This document shows, piece by piece, positions 1-13,117 of a stretch of DNA of 64,000 bases. The position numbers and the translations under genes were made by a program. Each line of letters starts with the position of its first letter. The first letter of the stretch is position 1. Source of the stretch: Eledone cirrhosa (taxonomy: Eukaryota); contig OZ024742.1 in assembly GCA_964016885.1 (NCBI GenBank), forward strand, positions 355,446,001 through 355,510,000. Direction: 5' to 3'. Below the pieces are notes generated by a model, which was not told where the DNA came from, did no database searches, and was given only the letters and a program-made list of their open reading frames with translations.

Positions 1-115
1 AGGTGAAACAATTGTGCTCGGTATGGTGAATTAACTGTTGTGTAACCACTTCTACCTAACTCATCCCATGGACTGAGTGCTCTACCACTACGGATATTAC
101 CTCCCAGTGTTCTAC

Positions 116-160
<45 letters not shown>

Positions 161-236
161 TATAAAGTTTTACATATTTGCAAGGATCACTTTGTGGCTC
201 AATGACAAATTTATAAATTAAATAATCAGAGCTGTA

Positions 237-772
237 TATCATAAAACATGCCGAAAGAATCACCAAATAAAATATATACCGTTTCCTCTCCCAATTTGCA
301 TAATTAACCATATAAATAATCAATTAGACCAAGCTATAAGAATAAAGGCTCCTATGAAGAAAACTCCGACAAATAACCGAAAGCAGCCCCTTCGCAGCGG
401 TTACGACGGATTATTTATCGAACATTTCGACAGCATGTATAAATCGACCAGATATACAGTCAACCAAACACAATAAGGTGTAAAATAAACTAGAAGAAAT
501 GTGTACACTTTTCTTCTAGTTTATTTTACACCTTATTCTGTTTAGTTGACTATATATCTGGTCGATTTATACATGCTGACGAAATATTCGATAAATAATC
601 CGCCGTAACCGTCGCGAGGGGGCTGCTTTCGGTTATTCCTCGGAGATTTCTTCATATGAGCCTTTATTCTTATAGCTTGGTCTAATTGAATTTTTATATG
701 GTTAATTATTCTAATTGGGAGAGGAAACGGTATATATTTTATCTGGTGATTCTATAGACATGTTTTATGATA
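237..772. repeat. Spacer-less fold-back (~268-bp arms, centre GTGTACAC at 501-508) of a PLE-type 3' tail
   Basis: Arms are reverse complements with scattered mismatches; the right arm is homologous to 60200-60440, which lies downstream of the HHR at 60072; (TA)n nearby on both sides. Confidence 0.85.
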
Positions 773-776
773 ATTA

Positions 777-852
<76 letters not shown>

Positions 853-990
853 CATATATATATATACACATATATATATATATACATATATAGTAATAAT
901 AATAAAATTGAAGACTAAAATCCAAAGAGGGCTCGATAAGGAAAATATATATCAAATATATAAGAACCGTAGAGCAAATATTTATTAAAA

Positions 991-1070
991 TAACAGATTA
1001 AAGTTTAAGCAAAGAATCGCTGCTTTCACCCTTAACGGGATCTTCTGAAACTAACAAAGTCAATCTGTAA
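991..1070 (-). ncRNA. Type I hammerhead ribozyme, U4A core variant (element A tail)
   Basis: ACAGAUUG..AGUUU-CAGAAGA-UCCC GUUAA GGGU-GAAA-GC..GC-UU-AAACU..UAAUCUGU; stem I with internal loop. Confidence 0.7.
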
Positions 1071-1980
1071 ACGCAGAACTGGATATATCAAAAAACGTTG
1101 CAACCGGAGGAAGACAGGAAGACGATATTTTGGTTCGTGGTAACGTTCGCTGGCAAAGAACGGGAAAAAACGAATAATACGTCATTAATAGGAGCGGTGA
1201 AAAACAATTACGCGCAAAGACAAAACCACGTTCATGGTATAAAAGAGGTCGTAGACTAATGTTCTCTTAGGTGGTGCATAGAGACGTTCTCTGGCAATGA
1301 ACGAAAAAGCGAAGATAATAAGTCATATGTGGAGCGTGGAGAACAATAGCACGCAAAGACAAAACCACGTAAATGGTATAGCAGAAATCGTAGACTAAAA
1401 TTCTAACTAGGAGACCAAATGAATCTCCGCTACAGAGTTAAGAACAAAGTAAATAAATACAATACAGAAGTAATAGAAACAAATAAATACATACACGCAA
1501 ATACATACATACATACACAAGCATACGCAAAACCTTACCATGGGTATACAAAACCACGCACATATAAATATGTGTGTGTGTGTATGCGTGTGTACAAATA
1601 AATAAATAATTATATAAACGTATATAAGTAAATAAATACGTATATAACAAGCGCACACGCATATCTAGATATAAATACACGAATGTTCGGAGACGTAAGT
1701 CAACTAAAACAAGAAGTACACATATACACACACCCACCATACGTACGAACCTGCACACTCACGCGGACGCAAATCTCCCGTATACACATAGCCAAACCCT
1801 AAATACCAGAATATGTAAAAATTATACTCTATAACAGTCAAATATACGTACGAGAAGGTATACATACCTTCACAAAGCATACGGGTAATATATACTTACC
1901 TATGCAAATAAGTAAAGGAATAAACAAAACATATACTTAGCTCCCACATCAAGACGTAAAATATCCACGTATAGATCGTG

Positions 1981-2916
1981 CTATCCGTTAGGGTATAACG
2001 TGGGGCTGTAATACAGGAAAGTGTTGTGCAATTTATGTTTACAAGCCGAAATTGCCTCAGATTTTTTGTTTAAGATGTGGTCTGTAAGGTAGAGTATTTC
2101 CAGGGCCTCAGCGGCGCAGAGGTCACATGGTCTTTTATTTCCGTTATACGATCTAGCCCTAGCTAGGATCTCCCAGTGTAACTTATATCGGGTGCGGTTG
2201 TCTTTTATACTCCAGATATAAGCTGAAAGTGACGTCATATTCCTTCTTAGAGGGTAACGAAAAGAATGGGTATGCATGTAAAGACGCTGCTTAAAACTAT
2301 TGGCGGTTAACCCTATGTAGGCCCTACGGGACGTGGGTGTTACAACCTTACATTTGTAGACAATGTTACTAGAGAGGCATTTCCCGTATAGGGGGCAATC
2401 AGCCCGATTCCTCCAATTACAGTTAGTACTAACTACAGGGTTGCACGTGTTCCTACGGGTAGGTAGTTTAGCTAAATTTGAAGCTGTGATGTTATGTGCA
2501 AGGTTAGGAGTCGTAGAGTAAGTAATTTTAATAGTATTTCTATTAAACATTTTACTATATTTATGTGTAGGGAGAAAATACTTCGTAATAAGGGAAAGAA
2601 AGGTCTTAGCTAATAGTGTGGCCACCTTCATATTATATGGTGGGTTAAACCAACAAATGCGACGGGATCTATTTCTTCTAGGTCTATTTTCGTACTCTGT
2701 ATATGCTACCTTATCGACAAATCCACTTCGAGCAAGATCTTCATTGTAATAAGTGGAATGGTCATTGAAAATGCGCTCGTTGGTGGAAAGACGGGAAAGC
2801 CTCAACGAAACGTTTCTTACCAGGTTTTTGGTTATGCTGGCAGGATGGTTGGAATGCTTACTTATGTAATTAAGCGTATCATTCGGTTTACTATACAGGT
2901 AATACAACCCATTCAA
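1981..2916 (-). pseudogene. PLE C-terminal RT thumb + GIY-YIG endonuclease (5'-truncated)
   Basis: WFNPPY, C-x-W(C)-x5-CPL-x-GKC, IVY...YIG, FKQR..H, CDLC..E, LNKKSE..S.CKH motifs. Confidence 0.9.
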
Positions 2917-2994
2917 TAAATTGAGGGCTTTTCGGAAAATTGGATTTGTGATCCTTCAGGGTGAAGTGGGGAGAGATAGGGTCCAGAGGTTCGA

Positions 2995-4769
2995 ATTCTA
3001 TTAAGGATTCTAACGCCGTGCACGTCCATTCCGACAAAACTGGCAACCTATATCAAGTGGAGCGCAGTACTTACCATCAACTACTACATAATGCTGTAAC
3101 TAAGGATTACCGTAAAGTCTAATCGGTGCCTCATCAATGAAATCAACGATGCTGGGTTTAAAATCACATCTGATCTCAACATCCTGGACCGGACCGAACC
3201 TATGGACCCTATCTCTCCCCACTTTACCATGAAGGATCACAAATCCAATTTTCCGAACAACCCTCTATTCGGCTTATTAACCCTACGAAGTCCGATTTAG
3301 GTAGACTTAGTAAAACGATTCTTGATAGAATTATACCTGTAATTAGAAGTTTGGCCCCTCTCGCACTGTGGAACAATTCTTTCGCGGTGATTGATTGGTT
3401 CAACGGCATATGTAACAAGGAACATTGCCGTTTTATCCAATTCGACATCAACAATTACTACTCCTCCATCACTTTACCACTTCTCCTTAGAGCTATCAAT
3501 TTCGCTAAAACACTCACAGTGGTTAAGGATTTTGAAGTTGATGTCATCCTTAATGCTCGAAAGTCGGTGATTAATTTCGACGACTCTATTTGGATTAAAA
3601 AATCCAATAGTACCCCATTCGACGTGAGTATGGGCGCCAGTGACTCTGCGGAGGTTACTGATCTTATTGGCATTTTCCTTCTTTTCTCTATCAAGGACGA
3701 ATTCCCCAACGCGGGCGGTGGTTTGTACCGTGACGACGGTCTTTTGACCATGACTAAGTGCGGACCTCGTGCTAGCGACAGGTTCAGAAAAGAACTCACA
3801 GCCTTCTTTAAAGGCTTCAACCTCTCTATACAGGTTGAGGCCAATCTCTCGGTCGTTAATTACCTTGACGTTACCCTCAATTTATTGAATCGGTTGTATT
3901 ACCCGTATAGAAAGTCGAATGATACGCTTAATTACGAGGCTTTCCCGTCTTTCCACCAACGAGCGCATTTTCAACGACCATTCCACTTATTACAATGAAG
4001 CTCTTGCTCGAAGTGGATTTGTCGATAAGGTAGCATATACAGAGTACGAAAATAGACCTAGAAGAAATAGATCCCGTCGCATTTGTTGGTTTAACACACC
4101 ATATAATATGGAGGTGGCCACACCATTAGCTAAGATCTTTCTTTCCCTTATTACGAAGCATTTTCCCCCTACACATAAATATAGTAACATTTTTTATAGA
4201 ATTTTAATAGAAATACTATTAAAATTTCTTACTCTACGACTCCTAACCTTGCACATAACATCACAGCTTCAAATTTAGCTAAACTACCTAGGCGTAAGAA
4301 CACGTGCAACCCTGTAGTTAGTACTAGCTGTAATTGTAGGAATCGGGCTGATTGCCCCCTATCCGGGAAATGCCTCTCTAGTAACATTGTCTACAAATGT
4401 AAGGTTGTAACACCCACGTCCCGGAGGGCCTACATAGGGTTAACCGCCAATAGTTTCAAGCAGCGTCTTTACATGCATACCCATTCTTTTTGTTACCCTC
4501 TAAGAAGGAATATGACGTCACTTTCAGCTTATATCTGGAGTCTAAAAGACAACCGCACCCAATGTAAGTTACACTGGGAGATCCTAGCTAGGGCTAGATC
4601 GTATAACGGAAATAAAAGACCATGTGACCTCTGCGCCGCTGAGGCCCTGGAAATACTCTACGCTACAGACCACATCTTAAACAAAAAATCTGAGGCAATT
4701 TCGGCTTGTAAACCTAAATTGCACAAAACTTACCTGTATTACAGCCCCACGTTATACCCTAACGAATAG
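2995..4769 (+). pseudogene. PLE RT + GIY-YIG endonuclease, frameshifted
   Basis: SDKTGNLY, IRLINPTKSDLG, QFDINNYYSSI, FDVSMGASDSAEV, GLYRDDGL, NYLDV, then endonuclease motifs in shifted frames. Confidence 0.9.
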
Positions 4770-5679
4770 CACGATCTATACGTGGATATTTTACGTCTTG
4801 ATGTGGGAGCTAAGTATATGTTTTGTTTATTCCTTTACTTATATGCATAGGTAAGTATATATTACCCGTATGTTTTATGAACGTATGTATACCTTCTCGT
4901 ACGTATATTTGACTGTTATAGCGTATAATTTTTACATATTCTGGTATTTAGGGTTTGGCTATGTGTATACGGGAGTTTTGCGTCCGCGTGAGTGTGCAGG
5001 TTCGTACGTATGGTGGGTGTGTGTATATGTGTACTTCTTGTTTTAGTTGACTTACGTCTCCGAACATTCGTGTATTTATATGAAGGTATGCGTGTGCGCT
5101 TGTTATATACGTATTTATTTACTTATATACGTTTATATAATTATTTATTTATTTGTACACAAGCATACACACACACACATATTTATATGTGCGTGGTTTT
5201 GTATACCCATGGTAAGGTTTTGCGTATGCTTGTGTATGTACGTATCTGTTTGCGTGTATGTATTTATTTATTTCTATTACTTCTGTATTGTATTTATTTA
5301 CTTTTTTCTTAATTCTGTAGCGGAGATTCATTTGGTCTCCTAGTTAGAATTTTAGTCTACAATTTCTGCTATACCATTTACGTGGTTTTGTCTTTGCGTG
5401 CTATTGTTCTCCACGCTCCACATATGACTTATTATCTTCGTTTTTTCGTTCATTGCCAGAGAACGTCTCTATGCACCATCTAAGAGAACATTAGTCTACG
5501 ACCTCTTTTATACCATAAACGTGGTTCTGTCTTTGCGCGTAATGGTTTTTCACCGCTCCTATTAATGACGTATTATTCGTTTTTTCCCGTTCTTTGCCAG
5601 CGAACGTTTCCACGAACCAAAGTATTGTCTTCCTGTCTTCCTCCGGTTGCAACGTTTTTTGAAATATCCAGTTCTGCGT

Positions 5680-5759
5680 TTACAGATTGACTTTGTTAGT
5701 TTCAGAAGATCCCGTTAAGGGTGAGAGCAGCGATTCTTTGCTTAAACTTTAATCTGTTA
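5680..5759 (+). ncRNA. Same HHR in right arm of element A (GAAA mutated to GAGA)
   Basis: Reverse-complement copy of 991-1070. Confidence 0.6.
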
Positions 5760-5774
5760 TTTTAATAAATATAT

Positions 5775-5851
<77 letters not shown>

Positions 5852-5854
<3 letters not shown>

Positions 5855-6085
5855 CGTTCCTGAATTTCTTTAGCAAGATTATTTATCTGAAAACTGTGTT
5901 GAAACCGATTTCACAGAATTTGTGACGAAGATGTTTGACAATATATGAACAATCATCTTGTTGTGGAACCAACCAACCAACCAACCGGAAATTTATAAAT
6001 TCCTTAATTTATAATAAATTGAAGTGAAAGCTATGGGGTGCGTGTGTTTCTTATTGGCAACATGACCCTCCCAAAGTATAACAAT
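5852..6085. repeat. Dispersed repeat, homologous (inverted) to 43090-43447
   Basis: Shared AACCGGAAATTTATAAATTCC...CATGACCCTCCCAAAG; flanked by (TA)n. Confidence 0.75.
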
Positions 6086-6301
6086 ATATATATATATATT
6101 AAAGGAGGAAGTGTAACCCCCTCTACTTCCCTCTGAAGAAGAGATATTATCTCCAAAAAATTAAGGACATTTAAATAAATCTAAGGTAACAGTCTAATTG
6201 TCAACAATGTCTTTTGCATTTGCATTTTTATTCTATGTCCATACCTGCATTGTTTGGCTTTACAAATTCAAACGTGTATATATATATATAAATATAAGTA
6301 T

Positions 6302-7740
6302 ATTCCTATTGATACTAGCTATGTACTGGGCTATATTGCGCGTCGTGGAGTATGAGGGCTTTACCGTGGGCCTATTTAAGATCTGGTGGTACCTGTGGTA
6401 CAAAACGTTACTGTGCAGAGCAGATCTTTACGCTACGCCGTATCATTGAATGGTACAACGAATTCCAGAGGCCCCTCACCATCAACTTCATCGATTTCTC
6501 CAAAGCATTCGATAGCATTCATCGACCGTCGCTCTCGAGCATCATGCATGAGTATGGTCTGCCCCAGAAAGTCATTTCGTGAATCAAACAGATTTACGCA
6601 AACTCCAAGTGCTGCATACGGACAGAGGATGGTTACATTGACTGGATTGAGGTGGTTACTGGCGTGCGTCAAGGTTGCTCGCTCTCTCCAAATTCTCTTT
6701 GCCATAGCCATTGACTGGGTACTAAGAAGAGTGTCTAAAGAGCAGGGTATATCTTGGGTGGGAGAGCAAAATTGTCTGACCTGGACTTTTCAGACGATAT
6801 TTCTTCACTTGCAGAGAGCACAGCTGACCTGCAAATCCTTGTGAACAATATCAATGTCGAAGCAGGAAGCTTGGGTCTCATTATCAGTGCCAAGAAGACC
6901 AACATCATGTTATCTGGGACACACCCACCACCAACCAGTGTCTTCATTGAACAGGGGGAGGTGGAGATAGTGGACAACTTCACCTACCTAGGAAGCTCCA
7001 TTAACAATGAGGGCACCATGGCCAGTGAACTGCAATGTAGAATGGGAAAGGCTTCAGCAGCATTTAACCAGCTTGACAAGATCTGGAAGAGCAGGAAGTT
7101 CACCTCCAAACAAAGATGATATTCTACTACAGCAACGTGCTGTCCACACTCTTGTACGGAAGTGAAACATGGCACCTTAAGACCAGCCAAGAGAAAAAGT
7201 TGGACGCATTCGATTCCAGATGTCTGCGAAAGATCCTGGGAATTAAATGGAGTGACCATGTAACAAACCAGGAAGTCAGGAACCGCACCAACCAGCAGCT
7301 AGTCTCTTCTACCATCTGCAAGCGACGCCTGGGCTGGTTTGGACACGCTTTAAGACTTCCCCCGGAGAGACTGGCGAACCAAGTACTTAAATGGAGCCCG
7401 CAGGGAAGCAGACGGAGAGGGCGATCCAAAATGAACTGGCGTCAGACAGTTGAGAGGAACCTGCGAGCGAGAAACAGACAATGGGGGGACGCTGTGCAAC
7501 TGGATGCTGACCGAACGCGATGGAACACTATGATTGCCTCATGCGTCGCAAGACGCAGGAGCTTCTGAGTCTGAGGTACCTCTGGGTCCTGGGGAAGCAT
7601 CTGTCCATGCCCTAAAGAACTAGTGGGCTCGGCTGGTCTGCAGACCCTCGGAGTAGGGTGGATCTAGTCATATGTTAGTTGGTTGATTCCGCACCAGGCG
7701 CTGAGGAGTGGTTGGGGTCCCACGGCTTCCGAAAATGCTG
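6302..7740 (-). pseudogene. Old degraded PLE fragment split by an RTE insertion
   Basis: Joining 7576-7740 and 6302-6398 on minus gives ..LDPPYSEG..DRCFPRTQRYHQILNRPTVKPSYSTTRNIAQYI, matching the PLE linker motif FNPPY..FP..HKY..LNR.T.K.SYSTT.N. Confidence 0.7.
6399..7574 (+). mobile_element. 5'-truncated RTE-like non-LTR retrotransposon (RT to C-terminus, frameshifted)
   Basis: EQIFTLRRIIE, FIDFSKAFDSI, GVRQG, DLDFSDDI, FTYLGS, LLYGSETW, RRLGWFGH, RRRGR; (CTGAGT) tail; ~11-bp TSD GGTACCTSTGG at 6388-6398 and 7575-7585. Confidence 0.9.
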
Positions 7741-7812
7741 CTGACTCGTTGCTGCTAGCTCTTCTATTCTCTCCCCTCTCTCACTCACTCACTCTCTATC
7801 CCTCTCTCTTTC

Positions 7813-7845
<33 letters not shown>

Positions 7846-8041
7846 GGGGAGTGAGAGTTGATATATTGGGAGAGTCAGAGAGGGGAGGGTTAGAGGGAGG
7901 TGGATAGTGGAGAGGGGGGGGGAAGGGATAGTTAGAGGGAGATATAGAGAGAGAAAGAGTAAGAGTTAGAGAGATGGAGAGAGAGAGAGAGGGAGTTAGA
8001 GAGAGAGGTATATAGAGATAGATGGATAGATAGTGAGATAG

Positions 8042-8086
<45 letters not shown>

Positions 8087-8087
8087 C

Positions 8088-8159
<72 letters not shown>

Positions 8160-8203
8160 ATAGTATGGTACAAAACATTGATGCGGATGACTTTATTATA
8201 TTA

Positions 8204-8862
8204 CTAGCAGTAAAGCCCGGCGTTGCTCGGGGTCGCTCAGTAGCTGTGTTAAAGTTACAATGTTAAGTTTCTTTTTTGGCTTAAAGTCTGTCTGCACGAC
8301 TGTCTGTCTGCACACCTAACGAAATTTACAGATACATATATTTTAAATAAACTTATATAATTTTTGCTTTTTTTTACGAAATATTTGCTTGTTTTACGTA
8401 GTCTTTAAATAGACTTGTTTTCAAGTAAAAATATTGTTTTAAAAGGCTTATTAATGGAAATAAAGCAACACGGAAGTTTAGTGTTCGAACTGATGAATTT
8501 TGCAGGTCAAAATTTTGCTGGCTCGACAACTGTTCGTGTATTGTGTTAATGTCATTTTAAACGCTGAGAAAGCCAGCGTAATTTTTTTAATTTTTGCATG
8601 CAGAAAATGTAAACAGAACGTAAGACGCTCAATGTAAACAGAACAAAGGGAAATAACTCGTCACTTACGCTCAAAAATCGATACATTAGATTCGATTTCG
8701 TCACACAGGGTGGGTCAATTTGAAATATTTTTTTCCGATGTCTTCGCTAGGGCTCAATGTACAAGTATAGCAATTTCGGTGCAATTCCGTCAGAGATTCT
8801 AAGAGGAGATGTGTGCCAAAAATCGATAGACAGACAGACAACCACAGCTTTATATATATAGA
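8204..8862 (-). mobile_element. Non-autonomous Helitron
   Basis: 5' TCTATATATATAAAGCTG..(GTCT)n, 3' CCCGAGCAACGCCGGG hairpin then CTAG; inserted between A and T, no TSD. Confidence 0.8.
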
Positions 8863-10076
8863 TTAATGTCAAGAATGTCATTATACCGTGTGTCATAATT
8901 CTCGATTATCATTGGTTCATAGGTTTCAAATGACTCCGCCCACCTCAACGACGCCAAAGTTAAATTAATATGCATAATGCCAATGAGAGGGTGAGAGAGG
9001 AAAGTAAGAAACAGAGAGGCAAAGTGAACGCTGTAACTATTAACATGTGAACGTGTGTATATACGTGCGCGTATGTTTGTGTGTGCGTGCGTGCGTGCAG
9101 CGTTACACAGAAAGTAAAAGCAATTCGACTTCATCAAACAGTGAACTACAGCGGCGACGGCGTGCAGCCAGGAATGAAGAAAAATGGGCCGAACAGCGCC
9201 ATTGGAACGCCGAACTTCAGAGGCGAAGACGTCCCGCCATGAATGAAGAGGAGCTGGCTCAACAACGTCAACGAAACACTGGAGCCAAGCAGCGACGGCG
9301 TGATGCGATGGTTGTAGACGAACTGGCTGAGCATCATCTTTTATATTAATTATCTATATCTATATCTACATATAATATAAACAATTGGAACTTCCACCAT
9401 CCTTTTGAGAAAAGTGGAACAACCACGTCTATGCAATGATACGCGTTTTACAGTCAGGCAGAAGATGTACCATCTCCTAGAGGTCACTACTCTAGGTGGG
9501 AGCACCTAGAATTGTTCATATACTATGCACAAACGGTACAACGAAGAATCTGGTATATCTGGAAGATTTCTTTTTACTGTTTTCTGTATCACACTGACAC
9601 CACGGACTCGCCTCATACTGTAACCAGACAAACATCCAATACAGTCATTTTCTCTTTTACCTGTCTTCTCTTATCATCTGTTTACCCGGACGAAGCTGTG
9701 TACGTCAGCTAGTTATTGTAAAGTCTGGTCCAGTTTTGCCTCGTCTTACAAACCATTCTACAGCGTAGTTGAGTCTAAAATACATTATATCTTTGGTAAA
9801 TTGATGGAAAATATGTAGATTTACATTTCAATCTTGACACTGGGGGAAATTGTTTCCTCGGCTACGTTCATTCTCATCTGCATAATGTAAATCTTAAACC
9901 GAACAATCGATACATTTATCAATGCCATAAATGCAATGCTTATCCACTGTTCGTATGATGTAGCTAAATTACGTTCACTCAGCATAATTTCCAATGGTTC
10001 TATGTAATCAGCAACCTCGTAATATCATCCAAATTGAGTTCGTAATAAAAAACCAAAACACAAAACATAGAAACGA

Positions 10077-10234
10077 GTGAGTGTGTATGTGTGTGTGTGG
10101 GGGGGGGGGGGTAATAGAACACAACATCATAAAGTTGTGAAAGGGGATTGTGTATGTGAGAGAGAAGGAAAAAGAAAGCGTGTGTATGTGTTTGCGTGTG
10201 TGTGTGAGAGAGAGAGAAGGAGAGAGAGTGTGTT

Positions 10235-10265
<31 letters not shown>

Positions 10266-11708
10266 GAAGGTGTGCGTGAGAGGGAGGGAGACTTAGAGTG
10301 TATGTATGTGAGAGAGAGGGGGAAAGAGAGTATGTGTGAGAGGGAGAGAAAGAGAGGGTGTATGTCTGTGTGAGAGAGAGAGAGATAGAAAGAAAGTGTG
10401 TATGTGTATGTGTGTGTGAGAGAGAAAGAGAGAGAGAGAAAGAGAGAGAGAGAGGGTGTGTTTCTGTGAGAGAGAGAGAGAGAGAGAGATATAGAGATAG
10501 AGGGGGGGTGTCTGTGATAGAGAGACGGAGAGAGAGAGAGAGGGTGTGTCTGTGTGAGAGAGAGAAAACGAGGGTGTGTGTCTCTGAGAGAGAGAGAAAG
10601 AGAGTGTGTGTGTCTGAGAGAGAGAGAAAGAGAAAGAGAGGGTGTGTGTCTGTGAGAGAGAGAGAGAGTGTGTGTGTCTCTAAGAGAGAGATAAAGAGGG
10701 TGCGTGTGTCTCTGAGAGAGAGAGAGAAAGAGAGGGTGTGTGTCTGTGAGAGATAGTTTGAACGAGAAAGAGCGAAGGGGAGAGAAGTGGTGTATGCGTC
10801 TGAGAAAGAGAGGGAGAAATCAAGTGTGTATGTGAGAGGGAGAGAGAGAGTTATTGTGTGTGAGAGAGAGAGAGTTAGAGTGTATGTGTCCGTGAAAGAG
10901 AGAGAGAAAGAGAGAAAGAGATTGTGAGAGATAGTTTGAAAACGAAAGAGAAAGAGTGAAAGTGAGAGAGAAAGATAATTGTTTCTACTTTTGGCACAAG
11001 GCCAGCAATTAGACCAGTGTATTACTGGTACTTTATTTTATCGACTCCGTAAGGAAGAAAAGGCAAAGTTAACCTCGGCGGGATTTGAGCTCAGATCGTA
11101 AAGGGACGTAACTACGCTGGAAAGCATGTCTGACGCTCTACCAATACTGCCAATTCAAAGATAATGTGTGTGTCTGTGTCTCTCTGAAATAGATAGCATG
11201 AGAGAGAGAAGGAGTGACAGAGACAGATAGAGAGCGAGGGGGGAGAGGGGGAGGTGTCTGTGAGCTGTGTGAGAGAGTATGAAAGTGAAAGAGTGCAAGG
11301 GAAAGCAGTAAGTGTCTGTGTTTTTGTAAGTGTGTGAGAGAGATAGAGTGCGATAGAGAAAGAGAGAGAGCCACAGACAGAGAGAGAGAGCGATAGAGAG
11401 AGAGAAAGAGCGATAGAGAAAGAGAGCGACATACATAGAGAGAGAAAGAGCGATAGAGAAAGAGAGCGACATACAGAGAAAGAGAGCGACATACAGAGAG
11501 AGAGAGCGATAGAGAGAGAGAAAGAGCGATAGAGAGAGAGGGCGTGCCTGTGTCTTTCTGAGTGTGTGAGAGAGAGAGAGGAAAAGAGCGATAGAAAGAG
11601 AGCGATAGAGAGAGAGAGAAAGAGAGAAATAGTGATAGAGAGAGAGAAAGAGCGACACAGAGTGAGAGAGCGATAGAGAGAGAGAAATAGTGATACAGCG
11701 AGAGAGAT

Positions 11709-11767
<59 letters not shown>

Positions 11768-11770
11768 AAT

Positions 11771-11814
<44 letters not shown>

Positions 11815-11995
11815 CAATAGAGAAGCGAGAGAAAGAGAGCGATAGAGGGAGATAAAGAGCGGTAGAGAGAGAGAGAAATAGAGATGCTATAGAGAGAGAG
11901 AGAAAGAGCGATAGAGAGAGAGAGAGAGAGAAAGAGTGATAGATAGAGAAAGATCAATAGAGAGAGCGATAGAGTGAGCGAGAGATGGTGTGTAT
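10077..11995. repeat. (GA)n/(GT)n compound low-complexity tract
   Basis: Direct reading; spurious ER/SL-rich ORFs. Confidence 0.9.
10976..11153 (-). mobile_element. tRNA-derived SINE (cephalopod-type)
   Basis: Reverse complement of the SINE at 13868 and 20156. Confidence 0.8.
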
Positions 11996-12520
11996 GAGAC
12001 AGATATTGTCGTTTTATTCTTGGTACTCTTATAGAATGAAAACAGAAATGTTCTGTAAGCTACAGGAAATTCGTTCACTGATTTCGCAAGCACCCCGGGG
12101 AAATGATTTATTGTCAATTACAATGCATCTGGTGATCACGAGAAAACATTTAATATTTCAAGTAAAAATGTGATTTGATTTATTACATCTAACTAGCAGG
12201 CATCTAGATATCTATATTATGGACATGGAACTTATTATTATCCATGAAGCAAAATTATTCGTTTACGATTGCTAATTGAATGCGACAAGACAAAAGCAAC
12301 TTCTTATTATTAATGGGCAAAAATTATGTGGATTTCCTGTGGGTGATTAAAAACATACATTGTATATATATTAGTGTGGGGAAAATGATTTGAGAGACGC
12401 AATGTAAGAGAGAGAATGAGAGAGTGTGTGTGACAGAGAAAGACAGATATATAGATAGAGAGAGAGATAGAGACAGATAGGGAGAGAGAGAGATGGAGAG
12501 AGAGAGAGAGAGAGAGGGGG

Positions 12521-12583
<63 letters not shown>

Positions 12584-12695
12584 AGGTGCGTATTAGAGCA
12601 GAAAAGAATAAATTGTTCGTGGTCTGCGGGAAATTTATTTAAAATAGGGATTACTGATTTCATATCACAATAAATACAGGCACATTCTTACTCAA

Positions 12696-12743
<48 letters not shown>

Positions 12744-12757
12744 ACATATATATATAC

Positions 12758-12915
12758 ATGGACACACTAGAAGAGGAAGACCAAGGTTAACATATGTTGA
12801 TGCCCTAAGGACAGACACTGGTCTGTTGGAGATGCAGGATATGGCAGCGATAATGAGGGACAGAGACCGCTGGAGAGAACTCGTCCATGGATCTCGGGAA
12901 TTTTACCCGCCTTAG
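12758..12915 (+). mobile_element. RTE-like LINE 3' end fragment
   Basis: Near-identical to the reverse complement of 58822-58980 (RRGRPRLTYVD..DRDRWR). Confidence 0.8.
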
Positions 12916-12944
12916 ATAGATATATATATATAAATATATATAAT

Positions 12945-13068
12945 ATAAATGTGAAGACTTAAATCCAAAGAGGGCTCGATAAGGATAAATATATATCAAA
13001 TATATAAGAACCCGTTAAGGGTGAAAGCAGCAAGTATTGGCTTAAACTTTAATCTGTTATTTTAATAA

Positions 13069-13073
<5 letters not shown>
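12945..13073. repeat. Short inverted insertion of element-A tail (distal tail on minus joined to HHR 3' half on plus)
   Basis: 12945-13010 matches ~905-966 in the same orientation; 13011-13073 matches 5711-5771. Confidence 0.8.

Positions 13074-13117
<44 letters not shown>

Larger units (their letters stand above)
893..5771. mobile_element. Penelope-like element A, head-to-head inverted pair (left arm minus ~893-2995, right arm plus ~2995-5771)
   Basis: ~978-2930 is the reverse complement of ~3874-5771; PLE ORFs and an HHR in both arms; both outer ends fused to (TA)n. Confidence 0.92.

Noticed and set aside
576-660. CTGACGA followed by a long hairpin as a hammerhead
   Set aside because: No GAAA, stem III or stem I pairing; the motif is not conserved in the other arm or at 60240.
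715-988. [16 protein letters not shown] and SLSL ORFs here and throughout the window
   Set aside because: Translations of dinucleotide microsatellites, not genes.
9047-9349. Arg/Glu-rich repetitive ORF
   Set aside because: Short ~63-bp degenerate repeats, possibly a Helitron N-terminal remnant; no supporting domain.
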